In this document: piece after piece, positions 12,662 through 24,352 of the stretch
Layout: each line of letters starts with the position of its first letter
Position numbering within the stretch: position 1 is the stretch's first letter
Source of the DNA: Gnetum montanum
Lineage: Eukaryota > Plantae > Gnetophyta
DNA: 64,000 nucleotides
Assembly: GCA_015680685.1 (NCBI GenBank)
Contig: MNCI01001153.1
Coordinates: forward strand, 62,001 to 126,000
Reading direction: 5' to 3'
Position numbers and translations under genes: made by a program
The notes under the pieces: generated by a model
Seen by the model: the letters and a program-made list of their open reading frames with translations, nothing else
Told to the model about the DNA's origin: nothing
Databases searched by the model: none

Positions 12662-13490
12662 ATGTGCTTAAGTGGTTTTAAATGGGAGGAGGGACATAGT
12701 CTCCCCCGTGAAGGGGTGAAATAATGGGTTCGTGTAAGTTTGCGGACTGAGATTATGGTACGAATCCTCGTGTTCGGACTATCCACAAAGTCATCCTCCT
12801 CCTCTATTTGGGAATTTACTATGGACTGGTCTAGAGATTGATTCCTAATCAGGAGGAGCTGTGAAATGAGCTCAGAGTAGTGCTATGGAAGAGGAATTAT
12901 GTCATATGGGGAGGAGATGAACTCATGTCCTCCCTTATGAATTAGTTCATACTATTTTTTAGTCTCCAGTTCAGTTTGATCTACTGCCAAGCTGGATTGG
13001 ATCTTCATGCATATAAAATTATACTATTTTTGTGTTATGATGTTGAATGATGGATTCTTCCCTTGCAATCTGAGAGATCGACGAGGTCCCCCCATGGGTT
13101 GCATGGTGTGCATTGGCATTGTCGTGGGGCCAATGGTATCTGTAGTGGACTTGGTTGAAACATTGGTATTGACAGTATTCATGATGAAAAGGTCCTAAGT
13201 GTAATGAGGTATACGGGAGGTAGACAGTGTCAGCGTATGCCAATGAAAATTTAGCTAAGTATGGAATTATGAGCGGCATACTCAGCATATAACCCCATAT
13301 GCTCAACGTGTGAGGGTTACACACATCATGTGAACACTAGCTGCAGTGTACAGCTTGCTCTCACAGCATGCAGGCACTGTTGTCAACGTACAAAGACTGA
13401 TCATAGCATGTGAACTGGGCTCATGGCATGCAGACTGCAACAGTCAGCGTACAGACAAAGTGGTCAGCATGTTGAAAACAATGGTAGCAT

Positions 13491-13696
13491 GTAGACAGGG
13501 TCTACAGGGTGCAGGTATGCTAGGGAGCGTGTAAATAGGGTCTACAATGTGCTTGTATGCTAGGTAAAATGTAGACAGGGTCTATAGCATGCAGGTATGC
13601 TAGGCAGTGTGTAGACAGGGTCTACAACATGCAAGTATGCTAGGCAGTGTGTAGACAGGGTCTATAGCATGCAGGTATGCTAGGCAGCATGTAGAC
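13491..13696. repeat. 40 bp tandem repeat x5 in the 5' UTR of element A
   Basis: Units start at 13491, 13531, 13571, 13611, 13651; inferred consensus gtagacagggtctacagcgtgcaggtacgctaggcagcgt with internal GTAGAC/GTCTAC inverted repeat. Confidence 0.95.
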
Positions 13697-13878
13697 GGTG
13701 AGATTGCTGCAGAACAAGGCACAGATTTGGGAGGTTCAAAATTAAATTTATGATGACAAAGTGTAAATTTGAGGAAACCTAGTGGTAGATTAGAAGCATA
13801 GGGAGTAGGTGTATGAGATGAACTAGCAGATCTGAAGAGATCTACGGTGAATCAGAGTAGATTTGAGCAATGTTTAGG

Positions 13879-13895
13879 CCCTCCTTCTAGCACCA
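13879..13895 (-). promoter_or_regulatory. Primer binding site, tRNA-Asn type
   Basis: Minus strand TGGTGCTAGAAGGAGGG, 5 nt downstream of the LTR end ..GGTACA; one CpG decay from TGGCGCTAGAAGGAGGG, which complements the plant tRNA-Asn 3' end. Confidence 0.85.
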
Positions 13896-13900
13896 ATTTC

Positions 13901-15641
13901 TGTACCATTCGAAGTCATCGATGCAAGGCTGGAATGGGATAGGCACCACTGGATCTGCGAACAAGCATAGAAGACTCTACCTTTGCTTGAGGGTGAGCTG
14001 GAACTGATGAAGGTAGAGTACCTTGGGTGGTTCGCACACGAATCAAACAAGGATTTTCCCAAACATATGTTAATATGGAATACGTTGGGTTATTTGTAAA
14101 TAGCGTAATAAACATAAACCAAGGTATAAACGTGTAGGAATATAAGCAAAAATGTAAACAAGAATAAAGGAAACTATAATGGATCTTGACTGGAAATGAA
14201 GCAACTTTATTGCAAAATGGAGATTACAGTGCACCAGTCTGAACATAGTTGTGGATTTGACACAAGACAGGCGAAGAGCCCCAATGCATGTGGAGGGATG
14301 ATGGTGTACTGGTTTAGACTGTAGGCCTAGCATGAAGGCTGTATGATCAGCATGTAGAATGTATGTCCAGTGTGTCTAATTTGTGCTCTCGTGCTCTATG
14401 TGTGTAAAATCAATTTTTCCGAACCCCAATTTAGTTAGAAATTGGGATTTTTATATGATCTTAGAGCATGGAATTTAGATCTGGAAGGGTATGAGTGGCT
14501 ATGGGTGAGAGGATTTTAGGTCAGATGACATGTGGCTATGTTGCCCGAGTGTGAAGAATATTACAACTGTACAACGTGCTGCATGCCAGTGTGTACATGC
14601 TGGCCATTTGAACTCAGCGTACAGACTTGACCAAAACAAAAGAATTCATTTTTACAAATGAACACTACTGTTACAACAGGAAGTATTGAACTTGACACTT
14701 GTATTTGAGCTCTATTGTCATGAGAATGCTGCCTATGGATGTTCAACTCAGTTGGACTTGATCTGACATGGTTTTGGAAGGCTTCAACTGGTGTACGCTA
14801 TGCTGCATGCTAGGGATACGCACTGGGCATATACGCTGGGTGTATAGGCTAGTATGTGAGGCCAAAAATGATACTTTTGATGCCAAAAATGGAATTTTCT
14901 AAAGCCTATGATGATGTGGACTAGATGCCCATGTCTCAAGGGTCAACCCCATGCCAAAGAATTTCCTGAAAGTGCCTGTTTGACCTTGTCCTTGGTGCCA
15001 CATGTTGGGCATACATGCTAGGCGTACACACTGGGCGTACAGGATGTACATGCTCAGCGTGTGAACTTAAAAATGCATGATTTCAAGGTCAAAATTCGAT
15101 TTTCTTGAGACCATGATGATGCCTAACATTTTGCCTATTTTTGAGAGTCGATGCCTTGTGAAAATCTTGCTCTGAAGTGCCTGTTTTGGGTCACCTTTGA
15201 AGTCATACGCTGGCCATGTGAGTCAACGTGTAGGTAGAAAATGACCCGTTTAGTGCCAAAAACTTGATTGTTAGTAGACTGAGACCTGCCTAGGACCTTA
15301 GGGAAGGCCATGGGGAGTCTAGACCTTCAATTCTAGCCTATTTTGATGAGTTTTTGAGGCTCAAAATTTGCTACACGCTGGGCCATACGCTGGGCATGTA
15401 TAGGCCAGCGTACAGGATGCATACTTAGTGAAAACCAAGTATTTTGAGCTCAAGGTTTGCCAAGTTTGATGCTAGATGTCACTATAGTCTTCTGTGGGTC
15501 CCAGGGAACCATTTCTTACTTATTTCAACTCCGTTTGAAGCTGTTTGTGAGGTCCTCAAGCTTCAATCATGCTGGGTAGCATCATGACTTAGCTTGATTC
15601 TTGTTGGAGAAGTGCTAAGCTCAGAATTTTGTGGTGTTTCA
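13901..15641 (-). repeat. 5' LTR of element A (~1.74 kb)
   Basis: TG..CA termini (tgtaccattc .. gtggtgtttca), adjacent PBS, both ends homologous to the solo LTR at 52689-54641, internal ~200 bp subrepeats with ACGCTG motifs. Confidence 0.9.
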
Positions 15642-15654
15642 TTGGCCCCTCTTT
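15642..15654 (-). promoter_or_regulatory. Polypurine-tract-like sequence abutting the U3 end of a 5' LTR
   Basis: Minus strand AAAGAGGGGCCAA directly before TGAAACACCAC; same at 38352-38364. Confidence 0.7.
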
Positions 15655-15743
15655 GTTGACGCTTGGAGGAATCAACCCAAGAAGCATCAAAAAAGAAGTA
15701 CAAAACACCACAATCAACTTGGTAGAAATATTGTGGTGTTTCA

Positions 15744-17103
15744 GTATCCTAGATGGCCTTCTTGGTCACCCAAGGACTTAGAAAATGTAAAATGAGAAAA
15801 TAAAATTGCATATTCAAATGAAAACAAAATATTCATAGGATTAAACTTCAAATAAATTCTGCACTACAAATAAAAAAATATTTATTGGAATGCTCAAAGT
15901 TTAAAGTTCAAAAGAGGTATAGATTGTGTACCAAGGATGCATAAGGAGATTGTTCAAATGGAGTTTAAAGATTGTTGGAGTTCCTAGGTTATATTCTGCA
16001 ATTGTTCTCCAAAATCTATTTGCTTCCCAACTACAATCTCCCACATGTCCTTGTTGGTTCCTATTTAGATGTGTAACTTTATGGTTGCTGATGGTGGTAA
16101 TAGTGGTATTCACTCTTGTTCCAATGGCACTACACCAAGATTCTTTAATGCTTAGTGTAGATATCAAAATGGAGTCCCAAAGTGCTCAAAATACAAAAAA
16201 TTCCTATGGGCTACACAAATGCTCTTTTGATTACTCAAAATTTGTTGAAGTGTGCAACCGTTGTCTATGTTCCAAAGCCAAAAAGCCAAAATTCCAAAAA
16301 GCCCTGATAATGTATTTGAACTTGGATTTTATATGTTTTTAGGTTGCTAAATTAAGGTTGTGAATTTTTTCCATTATTGCTGACTGATTGGTGTTTGGTT
16401 GTAGGCGTAACAGCTATAATTTTTAGTGTAATTGACCATGTTTAGTAAGTTTTGATGCACCTAGGCCATCAAAACCCATCCATTTACTTAAAATAGTAAA
16501 CTGACTTATGTGAATATGCTAGCCTTCACTTTGACTATGTTGGCCTTGGAAGACTATGTTGGCATTGGTTGAAATCTGTTGACACCATGGTGACTACACT
16601 AGCCAAACTACAATTAGTAGAAATTAATGTTGACTATGCTAGCCATGCTACCACCACCAGAAAATGTCATTACTATGCTAGCCATTGATAGGAAAATGGA
16701 AAACGCAACAACACCAACATTGGTCTTGCAACTACGATGAGCTTTGTGGTGACTACATTGGGTGTTGTTGAGAAAAAATGAAAATCCAACATCATCTATG
16801 CTGCTGATAGATGGTTTCAGCGTAGTTGAGGCTACAATTTTATAGATGCCCATGAAAATGCTAAATCTAGCAATCCCCAAGGCATTTTTAGCCTTTCCAA
16901 GCCCAAATATAGACATGAGGTGACTTTTTCCACTTGGAAAGTGAGGCAATAGCACTTCATGAGGCATTTTTCAGCCCCACAAAGTTAAAGCATGAAAGAT
17001 TGTAGCTCATGGGCTAGTAATCTTAGAATTATAATGAAATCTTGCCTTAGGTAGAAAGGTGAAGATTATAGGTTACAACATGCATTTTCTTGATGGTTTT
17101 TTA
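15744..17103 (-). mobile_element. Truncated Tat LTR (family related to the element B LTR)
   Basis: Shares tcacccaaggactt, ccaaatatagacatga, ccacttgg.aagt and gttacaacatg blocks with 37103-38351 and with the reverse complement of 42569-43936. Confidence 0.75.
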
Positions 17104-18149
17104 GATGAAGAATGGACACAGTAGATTTCTGAGAACACTGCATATTTTCAAGTTATGCTAGAAAGAAGAAAAGAAACCATAGTTATGGTGATGCAACACC
17201 AAGTTGTAAGAGGAGTAGTAGAGGTGATCACATATCACATAAAAGAATCATTTAATATTTCCATTATGCCACCCACATATATTATTATATCCAAAGATGT
17301 TGGAATGTTAGCTAGTACATCCATGCCTCGAGCAAAACATGAAGATATCTTGAATCAACTACTATAGAAAAACTAAGTGATGAAAAATTTATTTGATATC
17401 CCTAGCAATATCACTACAATATAGTCAGATCTAATCTCAATAAAGGGTAAGTTGGTCATGATCAGAACAAGAGTTGAACATGCAAAGAATGAAGTGTAGA
17501 GGTTGTAAGCTAAATTAGTAGCCTTGAAATTAGAAATAAGAGACCCTGCATAATATGTAGTACTAGACCAACTAGATAAATTCAAAAATGAATAAGTGAC
17601 TTAGCTCATAGTTAGAAACATCCAAGTAGAGATGGATAAAGAAAAAACAACATGGAATGCATCTATGATAGAAACCAAACTTATGCATATGCTAAAGCAA
17701 TAACTACCATGGAAGAGGAAAATAAAAGAATTGCTATTGAAAACACAAGGTTAATAAACATGAAAAAGTAAAAAATGGTTCTCAAAGAAAGTATCAATTA
17801 GCTAAGAGAACAATTTATCAAAGTCAATCAAGATATGAGAAAATTTTCCAAAGAGAATAAAATCCTGCAAATGGAAGAAGTCCATGATATCTACCAAATA
17901 TTAGTTATTGAAATCAACACATGGTAAAACGAGGTCAAGAAACATAAAAATGCTCAGGGAATAATTAAAAGAATAGGTGGGCATGTACAAAAAAATTAAT
18001 GAAAAAAATCCAAATGAATAAAGCCAAAATTAGTTACATCACTACATAGACACCTTATTGGTAGCTAATTTTGGATAACCTTGTCCATGTTTCTCAAGCT
18101 AAATTGAAGAACAAGAACTTGCAAATTGAAGATATCATAGAATACATTG

Positions 18150-18903
18150 TGAAGTGGGCATAAAATAGGCCAATTTAATATCTCTTTGATGATGGCATCT
18201 TTCCTTGGAGTTTTGGCATTTATGGAAGTGTTTTGGGTCTACTTTGATGAGTTTAGGGTGTTTCAGGAGCTATGGGGGCTTGTTTGGAGGTGTACAGAGG
18301 TTCTAGGCCTTAAAACAAGCATCTTTAACTTTGACCTTGGCAAGATAGACATCTACACTAATAGTTAGACATTTATACTGCATATTAGATGTCTACTATT
18401 TTTCATACATGTCACAACCAAGATGTCTATTGCAAGATGTCTTCCCTAATATGTCTACTCTAATATCCTCTACACTTAGGATAGGCATCTACTATTTCTA
18501 ATAGATGTCTCATATAGATTTTAATGGATATTAAATTGAATGATAAATTAGAGGGAAGATGAAAAGATAGAGGGAAAAGATATAAATAGACTTCTTGGGC
18601 CTTCAATTTGATCAAGAGAATCTAGAGAGAGAAAGAGAGAGGTGAGTGAGAAAAGAGTATAGAGAGATAGAGTCTTCATAGGGTGCCTTGATCATCATCC
18701 ATGTGAGTGTGTTTTTTCTTTGATTGAGTGTGTGAGAGTTGGATTGAATCTCTTGTTTGTCCTTGGGAATTGTGCTTCCTTTCATATGTGAATTCTCTAT
18801 TTGAGCAACAATAAAGATTTCTTTTTCCTTTTCTTGTTCAAACATGTTTTTTGTGACATTGAGAGAACCTAGATTATGGCATCCATTGGAGCTTCTCATT
18901 ACA
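18150..18903 (+). repeat. 5' LTR of the CRM-like element
   Basis: tgaagtgggcataaaatagg .. ctcattaca, colinear with 21951-22686. Confidence 0.85.
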
Positions 18904-19299
18904 TAGGTAACAGAGTAGCTTGGAATTAAAGACAATTGCAATCAAGTGAATAATTCTCATCTTAATTGAAAAGAATCATTCCAAATTCTTAAGCTTGGAT
19001 AAATTCTCTCTTGCTAGTTGTTCTGTTCATCCTAAGATTTTAAAATTTTCCCTTGATCCCTAAGTTTGCCATATCTTTCAAGAATTGGAAGATAATTATG
19101 GAATTTGATACCCATTGGCTTGTAATAACTATAGTTTGAAGATATTATGCTCATTTATCTTAAGATCTAAGAATTTCTCAACTTGTTCCTTGAGAAATCT
19201 TGCAAATTTCATCTTTTCATATTGAATTTTGTGAAATTTTCCTTTTAGATTAATTTCCATCAAGCCTCTAAAGAAAAAAAATAGTTCAATCTTTGTCAA

Positions 19300-20420
19300 G
19301 GGACATGGATGACATAAGAAATTCTCTTAAGCTCATTTCTAAGAAAATTGAAAAGCTTGAAAAGAACAAAGAACATGCTACTTCACCAAAAGCATCCAAG
19401 CAAGGGTACAAGTCATTCAATTCTCCACGAAGACATTCCCCAATGCCATTCCTTGAAGATGATATTTCTTTTGAAGATTACTAATTCGGAGAAAGAGAAG
19501 CTCAAGATCATGTTTTTCTTCATGCTCATTGTGCTGAAAATAATTCTCAAGGCTTCATTTTTCCTAGGAAATGGAAAATGAAACTTCCTTATAAGCCTTA
19601 AAGGAAACAAGGTGAAGGAATTAAAGTTACTCTTGCAAAATATTTTTGACATACTTCAAGGAATGACTCATGTTGATGTCAAATCCTTCAATGGCATGGA
19701 TGGAACTAAAGCTTTTCTTTCTTAGTTGAAAATGATTAGCAAGTGCTTTGATCTTAAAGATGTGAAAAATCATCAAAAGGTGTCTTTTGCTAAAAATAAT
19801 TTGGAAGGCATAGCACTTGTATTGTGGGAGAAGGAAAGTCATTCCTACAAGATGAACAATGGTACTTCTATCAAGGATCGCTCTTTAATGTAATTCATAC
19901 TCAAGTAAAAATTTGAGAAGACTCATCATAGACAAGAGGCCATCCAAAAATTAAAGTAAATAAGGCAAGGTGATAAGAGTGTAAAGGACTACTACATGGA
20001 TTTTGTAAGTCTTTTCAATTTACAAAATTTTATTAGGATGATTATGAATAAGATCTAACTTTTAAGGAGGACTTAAAAGGAAGTATCAATAGGAGCTAAC
20101 CTTCTATGAGCCCTAAACGTTGGATGAGGCTTTTGAATTAGCTCTTAAGGCTAAGAAGAAACCTCAAGGCTACTCTAGAGGTCCTAAATCTTCTAAGAAA
20201 AAGAACTCCAAAGCTTTTGAAAGTGAGAAAGGATCCAAGGAGAATGGAAATTCCAAGAAAAGACATCAATGACAAGCAAGAGAAGTCCAAGGAGGGCCAA
20301 GATTCCATGAAAGACTACTCTAAGGATGGAAACTGTCAAGGAAAAGATTATGCCTCCAACCTTTAATACTTCAATTATGATGAAAAAAGACACAAAAAAT
20401 GGAACTATAATAAGCCAAAT
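19300..20420 (+). pseudogene. gag remnant of the CRM-like element
   Basis: FNGMDGTKAFLS*LKMISKCFDLKDV..KVSFAKNNLEGIALVLWE near 19687-19830; decayed zinc knuckle near 20360-20400. Confidence 0.7.
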
Positions 20421-21950
20421 TTTTCCAAGAGAAAGGAACTCCAAATATTAAAAAAGGAAGATTTCTCCAATAAAGGTATACCTCTTGTGATTGAAGATGC
20501 AACAAAATCTAATTCTTACATTTTTAGGGAAAATGTAAATGTTAATCAAGGAAATGAGGAAGAAGAAAGATCTTATGAAATAGAGATTGATGATAAAATG
20601 AGTTTTCAAGTATCTATTATTGATTAGAGGAGTGATCAATACTCCAAGGTTTCAAGGAAGGAAATGAAGGGCTTCATAAAAGGGACCAAGAGGTCTCCAA
20701 GGTCAAAGATGGTGTATGTTGCTAATCAAGAAGAGTCCCTATCTCATGAGTCATGGGAGGTGAAGGATCTAAGCCAAAGGAGTGGTAAGCATCAAGGGAC
20801 TTCTCCAAGAAGGATCATAAGCATTACTAAAAGGTATGATTCTCCTACGTTTTGCAATTTTTCTATACCTTGTAACAAGGAAAAGGAGATTCTTAGCCAA
20901 GTTGAGGCTATCTCATGGGAGATAGGGGAGTCTTCTAGTCAAGGTATGTGGAAGAATGATTTCTTTGATGATTTTTTTTGATTAAAATGATGTTAAAGAT
21001 ATGGAGGAGAGTTTATCTTTTAAGCTTCTACCTCCAAAATGAGATTAAGAGCTTGTTGATGATTCCTTTGAAGAGGAGAAGCCATTGGAGTTGGAAAATC
21101 CTATTTGGGATCCTGAACCTTCAAGCTTTGAAAGATCAAGTTGAACCAAACTTGGATGGGAGAAGGAATGAAGAGATAATTAAGTATGAGCTTTACCTTG
21201 TTGATGGTAGTAATGTCTCTCATGTTGAAGCTAGTGTGATGGATGCTATTTTTTCACTTCAACTTGGTAGTTGTTTGTTTAATGGTAATGATGTGCATCA
21301 TGATCATTGTATTGACTATGATAATGTTATGAATCCTATTTTGTTTTATACAAGCAATGTGACTTTTAACGCCATTATTAGTGAGAGCAAAGCTAATGAT
21401 GGTAATGAATTTGATTTTGTATGGAATAATGATGGCTATGGTAGTAGTCATAGTAGAAAGATCATTATTGGTGTTGGTAAACCCATTAATAATGATATGA
21501 TTTTCCAAAATTTGGAAATACTTACTATGGATTGTGGCAATAATAAAATTTTCACATGTGTTGAAGAGCTTGATTGTCTTGGTTGTGAAATGGATGAGAA
21601 GAATTAGGACAATCCAAATTTTCATGATGTTGATGATGAAAGAAAGCTATGTGGTAGTCTTCTAAACATTAAGAAGAAGAAGGTGAAGAAGATTAAAAAG
21701 GATGGAAAATAAGTAATTGATTTGAGAAGACCTAATCCTTTTGAATTTTCTTAATATTCTTTTGTTTCAGTTCATGGAAGAAACACATGGGATTTGGTTC
21801 TCTTAAAATGGAAGCATGGTGATGCCTTCAAGGGCAAAGACCATATCCACTCTTCTTGTGTGAATTGTGGCCTATGTGAGGGTGCAAGAGCTATTCCAAG
21901 TGTGGAGGCATCTTGTGTGGAAATCAAGAGTCTTTTGAAGGAGGAGGATA

Positions 21951-22686
21951 TGATGTGGACATCAAATAGGAAAATGGAACATTTGTCCAATGATGGGATC
22001 ATTTCCTAGAGTTTTGGCATGTTTAAATGTGTTTTGGTCCTATTTTGATGAGTTCAGGATGCTCTGGGGGCTATGGGGACTTTTTTAGAGGTGTTCAGAG
22101 GTTCTAGGCCTCAAAACAAGAATCTTTAACTTTGAACTTGGTAGGATAGACATCTACAATGATATTTAGATGTCTATACTGCATATTAGACTTCTACTAT
22201 TTTTCATAAATGTATTAGCCAAGACATCTACTACAAGATGTGTACTTTGATATCCTTTGCACTTAGGATAGATGTTTGCTGTTTCTCATAGATATCTCAC
22301 ATAGATTTTAATAGACATTAAATTGAATGATAAATTGGAGGAAAGATGAAAAGACAAGAGGCAAAAGATATAAATAGACTTCTTGTGCCTTTAATTTGAT
22401 CAAAATAGTTTATAGAGAGAAAGAAAGAGAGAGGTGAGTAAAAGAAGAGTAGAGAAAGATAGAGTCTTTGCAAGGTGCCTTAATCATCATCCATGTGAGC
22501 ATGTGTTTTATTTGAGTGTGTGAGAGTTGGATTAAATATCTTGTTTGTTCTTGGGAATTGTGCTCCCATGTAAATTCTCCATTTGAGCAAGAATAAAACA
22601 TTCATTTTCCTTTTCTTATTTAAATTTACTATTTTGTAACTTTGAGAGAGCTTAGATTGTGAAATCCATGGGATCTCCTCATTACA
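21951..22686 (+). repeat. 3' LTR of the CRM-like element
   Basis: tgatgtggacatcaaatagg .. ctcattaca, preceded by a PPT. Confidence 0.85.
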
Positions 22687-23415
22687 TGGGATTAGCAAAC
22701 CTTTGATATAATAATCTAACCATGCTTATGATAGGTAGACCAAGGAATGAGCTAGAATAGAAAGTAGTAGCAGTATATGTAATGTATGAAAAAGAGTTTG
22801 TAGATAGAAAGGATGCATAATAGAAACTACATATTGCAAGATCTAAACTTAAGTAGTAAAAGCCAAGTACCAAGGCCAAAAAGATGTAGCAGTAAACTTG
22901 GCTCATAGAATGACTAACTATCAAGAACTACAAAAGGTGGCTAGGACATTTGAAGAAGAAAAAAGGTATTTTGTAGTCTAGTATGTTAAGACCAATAAAA
23001 TGTTTCCATAGTTGCCATGCTCATGGGAAGTAGTGATGCTAGCAAAAATTGTTGAATTCACTTGGAAAATACATGACCCAAGATTAGAGGAGGAGAAGCT
23101 TTGGAAACTACTCTATTGGTACCAAATTTCAATGCTTGATAATAAAGGAAAGAATTCAATGGAGGAGCCACTGTCATTAGGAACCTAAAGGGTACATTGA
23201 ACTTTGTTGTTTTATTTTGTTGTCATGTATGTCCATCATGCAATGCATGATAGATTTTTAAAGCATAACTCAAACAATAATGTAACATTCAAAGTCAAGT
23301 AGTCATGTATATAAGTAGTCATATCAAGTCTGAATACATCTCACAATTTTGTAAGGAACTCTATCCTCCTTTTCATTTTAGCTTAAGAATAACTTTCTAG
23401 TTATTCATGGGGGTA

Positions 23416-24352
23416 TGATAAAAACCATTTGTAATAGGCCATGATATTTTATCTATGATAACACATCTATAATATCATATCTATGACATCACAACCCTTC
23501 ATACATCATCATTGATGTGATATATAGGGTCTTGTTCACCCCTATAAATAATAACACTTGGTCACATAAACAAAAAAAAATTTCATTCCACCTTTAGTAA
23601 AATTCTTGCAGTTTTGTTTCATAACTTAGACTTAGTAATAGAGTTAATGCTCACAGTGTGATTTCATATAGTTGTATCATATTTTTGTTCTAGTGGATTG
23701 TAATTGGGCATAAATTATGGATAGAAATAAAGACTGAGATTGCTTCTCATCATTGTAGCATTATACTTAGTTCTTTTACCTTTACTAAGTTATTTTTCTT
23801 ACTTAGTTTAATTTTTATTTCCTTAATATGTTAACTTTAGTTTAGTTCTTTACATTTCTTAAGTACTTTACTTTTCTCACATTCATTAATAAGGCAAAAT
23901 AAATATATGACTAGTTTCAAGCGTTAAGTGTAATCTTTTGGTAGCATAGTAGTGACTTCACTTGATTTGCTTAGTAGTGAATTTACTTAGTAATCCCAAT
24001 AATGGTTACATGACCCAATGATGTGTTTAGTAAGATAGGAAGAGATGCTTATTGTGATAGGCTAGAATAGCTTTATATTTTTATTATCATTTAGATTTAG
24101 ATTTTATTCTCATATTTTCATTATAGAAGTAATTAGAAGTAATCTAAGCCTACAACATCATAATATAATATAACTCACTGAAAGTTAAATCATACTACTC
24201 GTACTTTACTAACTCAATGTGAGAAGACAATGATCATGAAACAACTATGAACCACTAACATACTTACATTATCCATCCATGAATTATGATTTAGTTTCAT
24301 CCATGCACTCATGGCTTATATGGTGGAGTTTGAAATACCTAACCACTCATCA
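23416..24352 (+). repeat. Athila-like 3' LTR
   Basis: tgata.. after PPT gggggta; ends ccactcatca, the reverse complement of the tgatgagt(a/g) starts at 27142, 31890 and 60391. Confidence 0.75.

Larger units (their letters stand above)
1..15641 (-). mobile_element. Tat-clade Ty3/Gypsy LTR retrotransposon (element A), degenerate; 3' end lies outside the window
   Basis: Minus-strand order LTR-PBS-gag-PR-(~6 kb insert)-RT-RH-aRH-INT; Cx2Hx4Hx4C knuckle; additional RNase H between RH and INT as in Ogre/Retand-type Tat elements; many in-frame stops. Confidence 0.95.
18150..22686 (+). mobile_element. Non-autonomous chromovirus/CRM-like Gypsy element with two LTRs and gag only
   Basis: Direct LTRs 18150-18903 and 21951-22686; PBS-like taggtaacagag (decayed tRNA-iMet TGGTATCAGAG) at 18904-18915; PPT gaaggaggaggata at 21937-21950; no RT or INT motifs; TSD unclear. 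Confidence 0.85.
17104..24352 (+). mobile_element. 3' portion of an old Athila-like element (decayed coiled-coil ORF, 3' UTR, PPT, 3' LTR), interrupted by the CRM-like element
   Basis: E/K-rich ORF remnants at 17150-18149 and 22690-23190; 3' UTR gtaaggaactc and PPT catgggggta (23406-23415) match the reverse complement of 61171-61220. Confidence 0.55.

Noticed and set aside
13491-13696. CRISPR-like 40 bp repeats
   Set aside because: Head-to-tail tandem units with no unique spacers
13879-13895. tRNA gene fragment
   Set aside because: Only a 17 nt match to a tRNA 3' end next to an LTR, so it is a PBS
15630-15712. 83 bp MITE with 10 bp TIRs
   Set aside because: The left arm is the LTR terminus itself, the interior is a PPT, and there is no TSD
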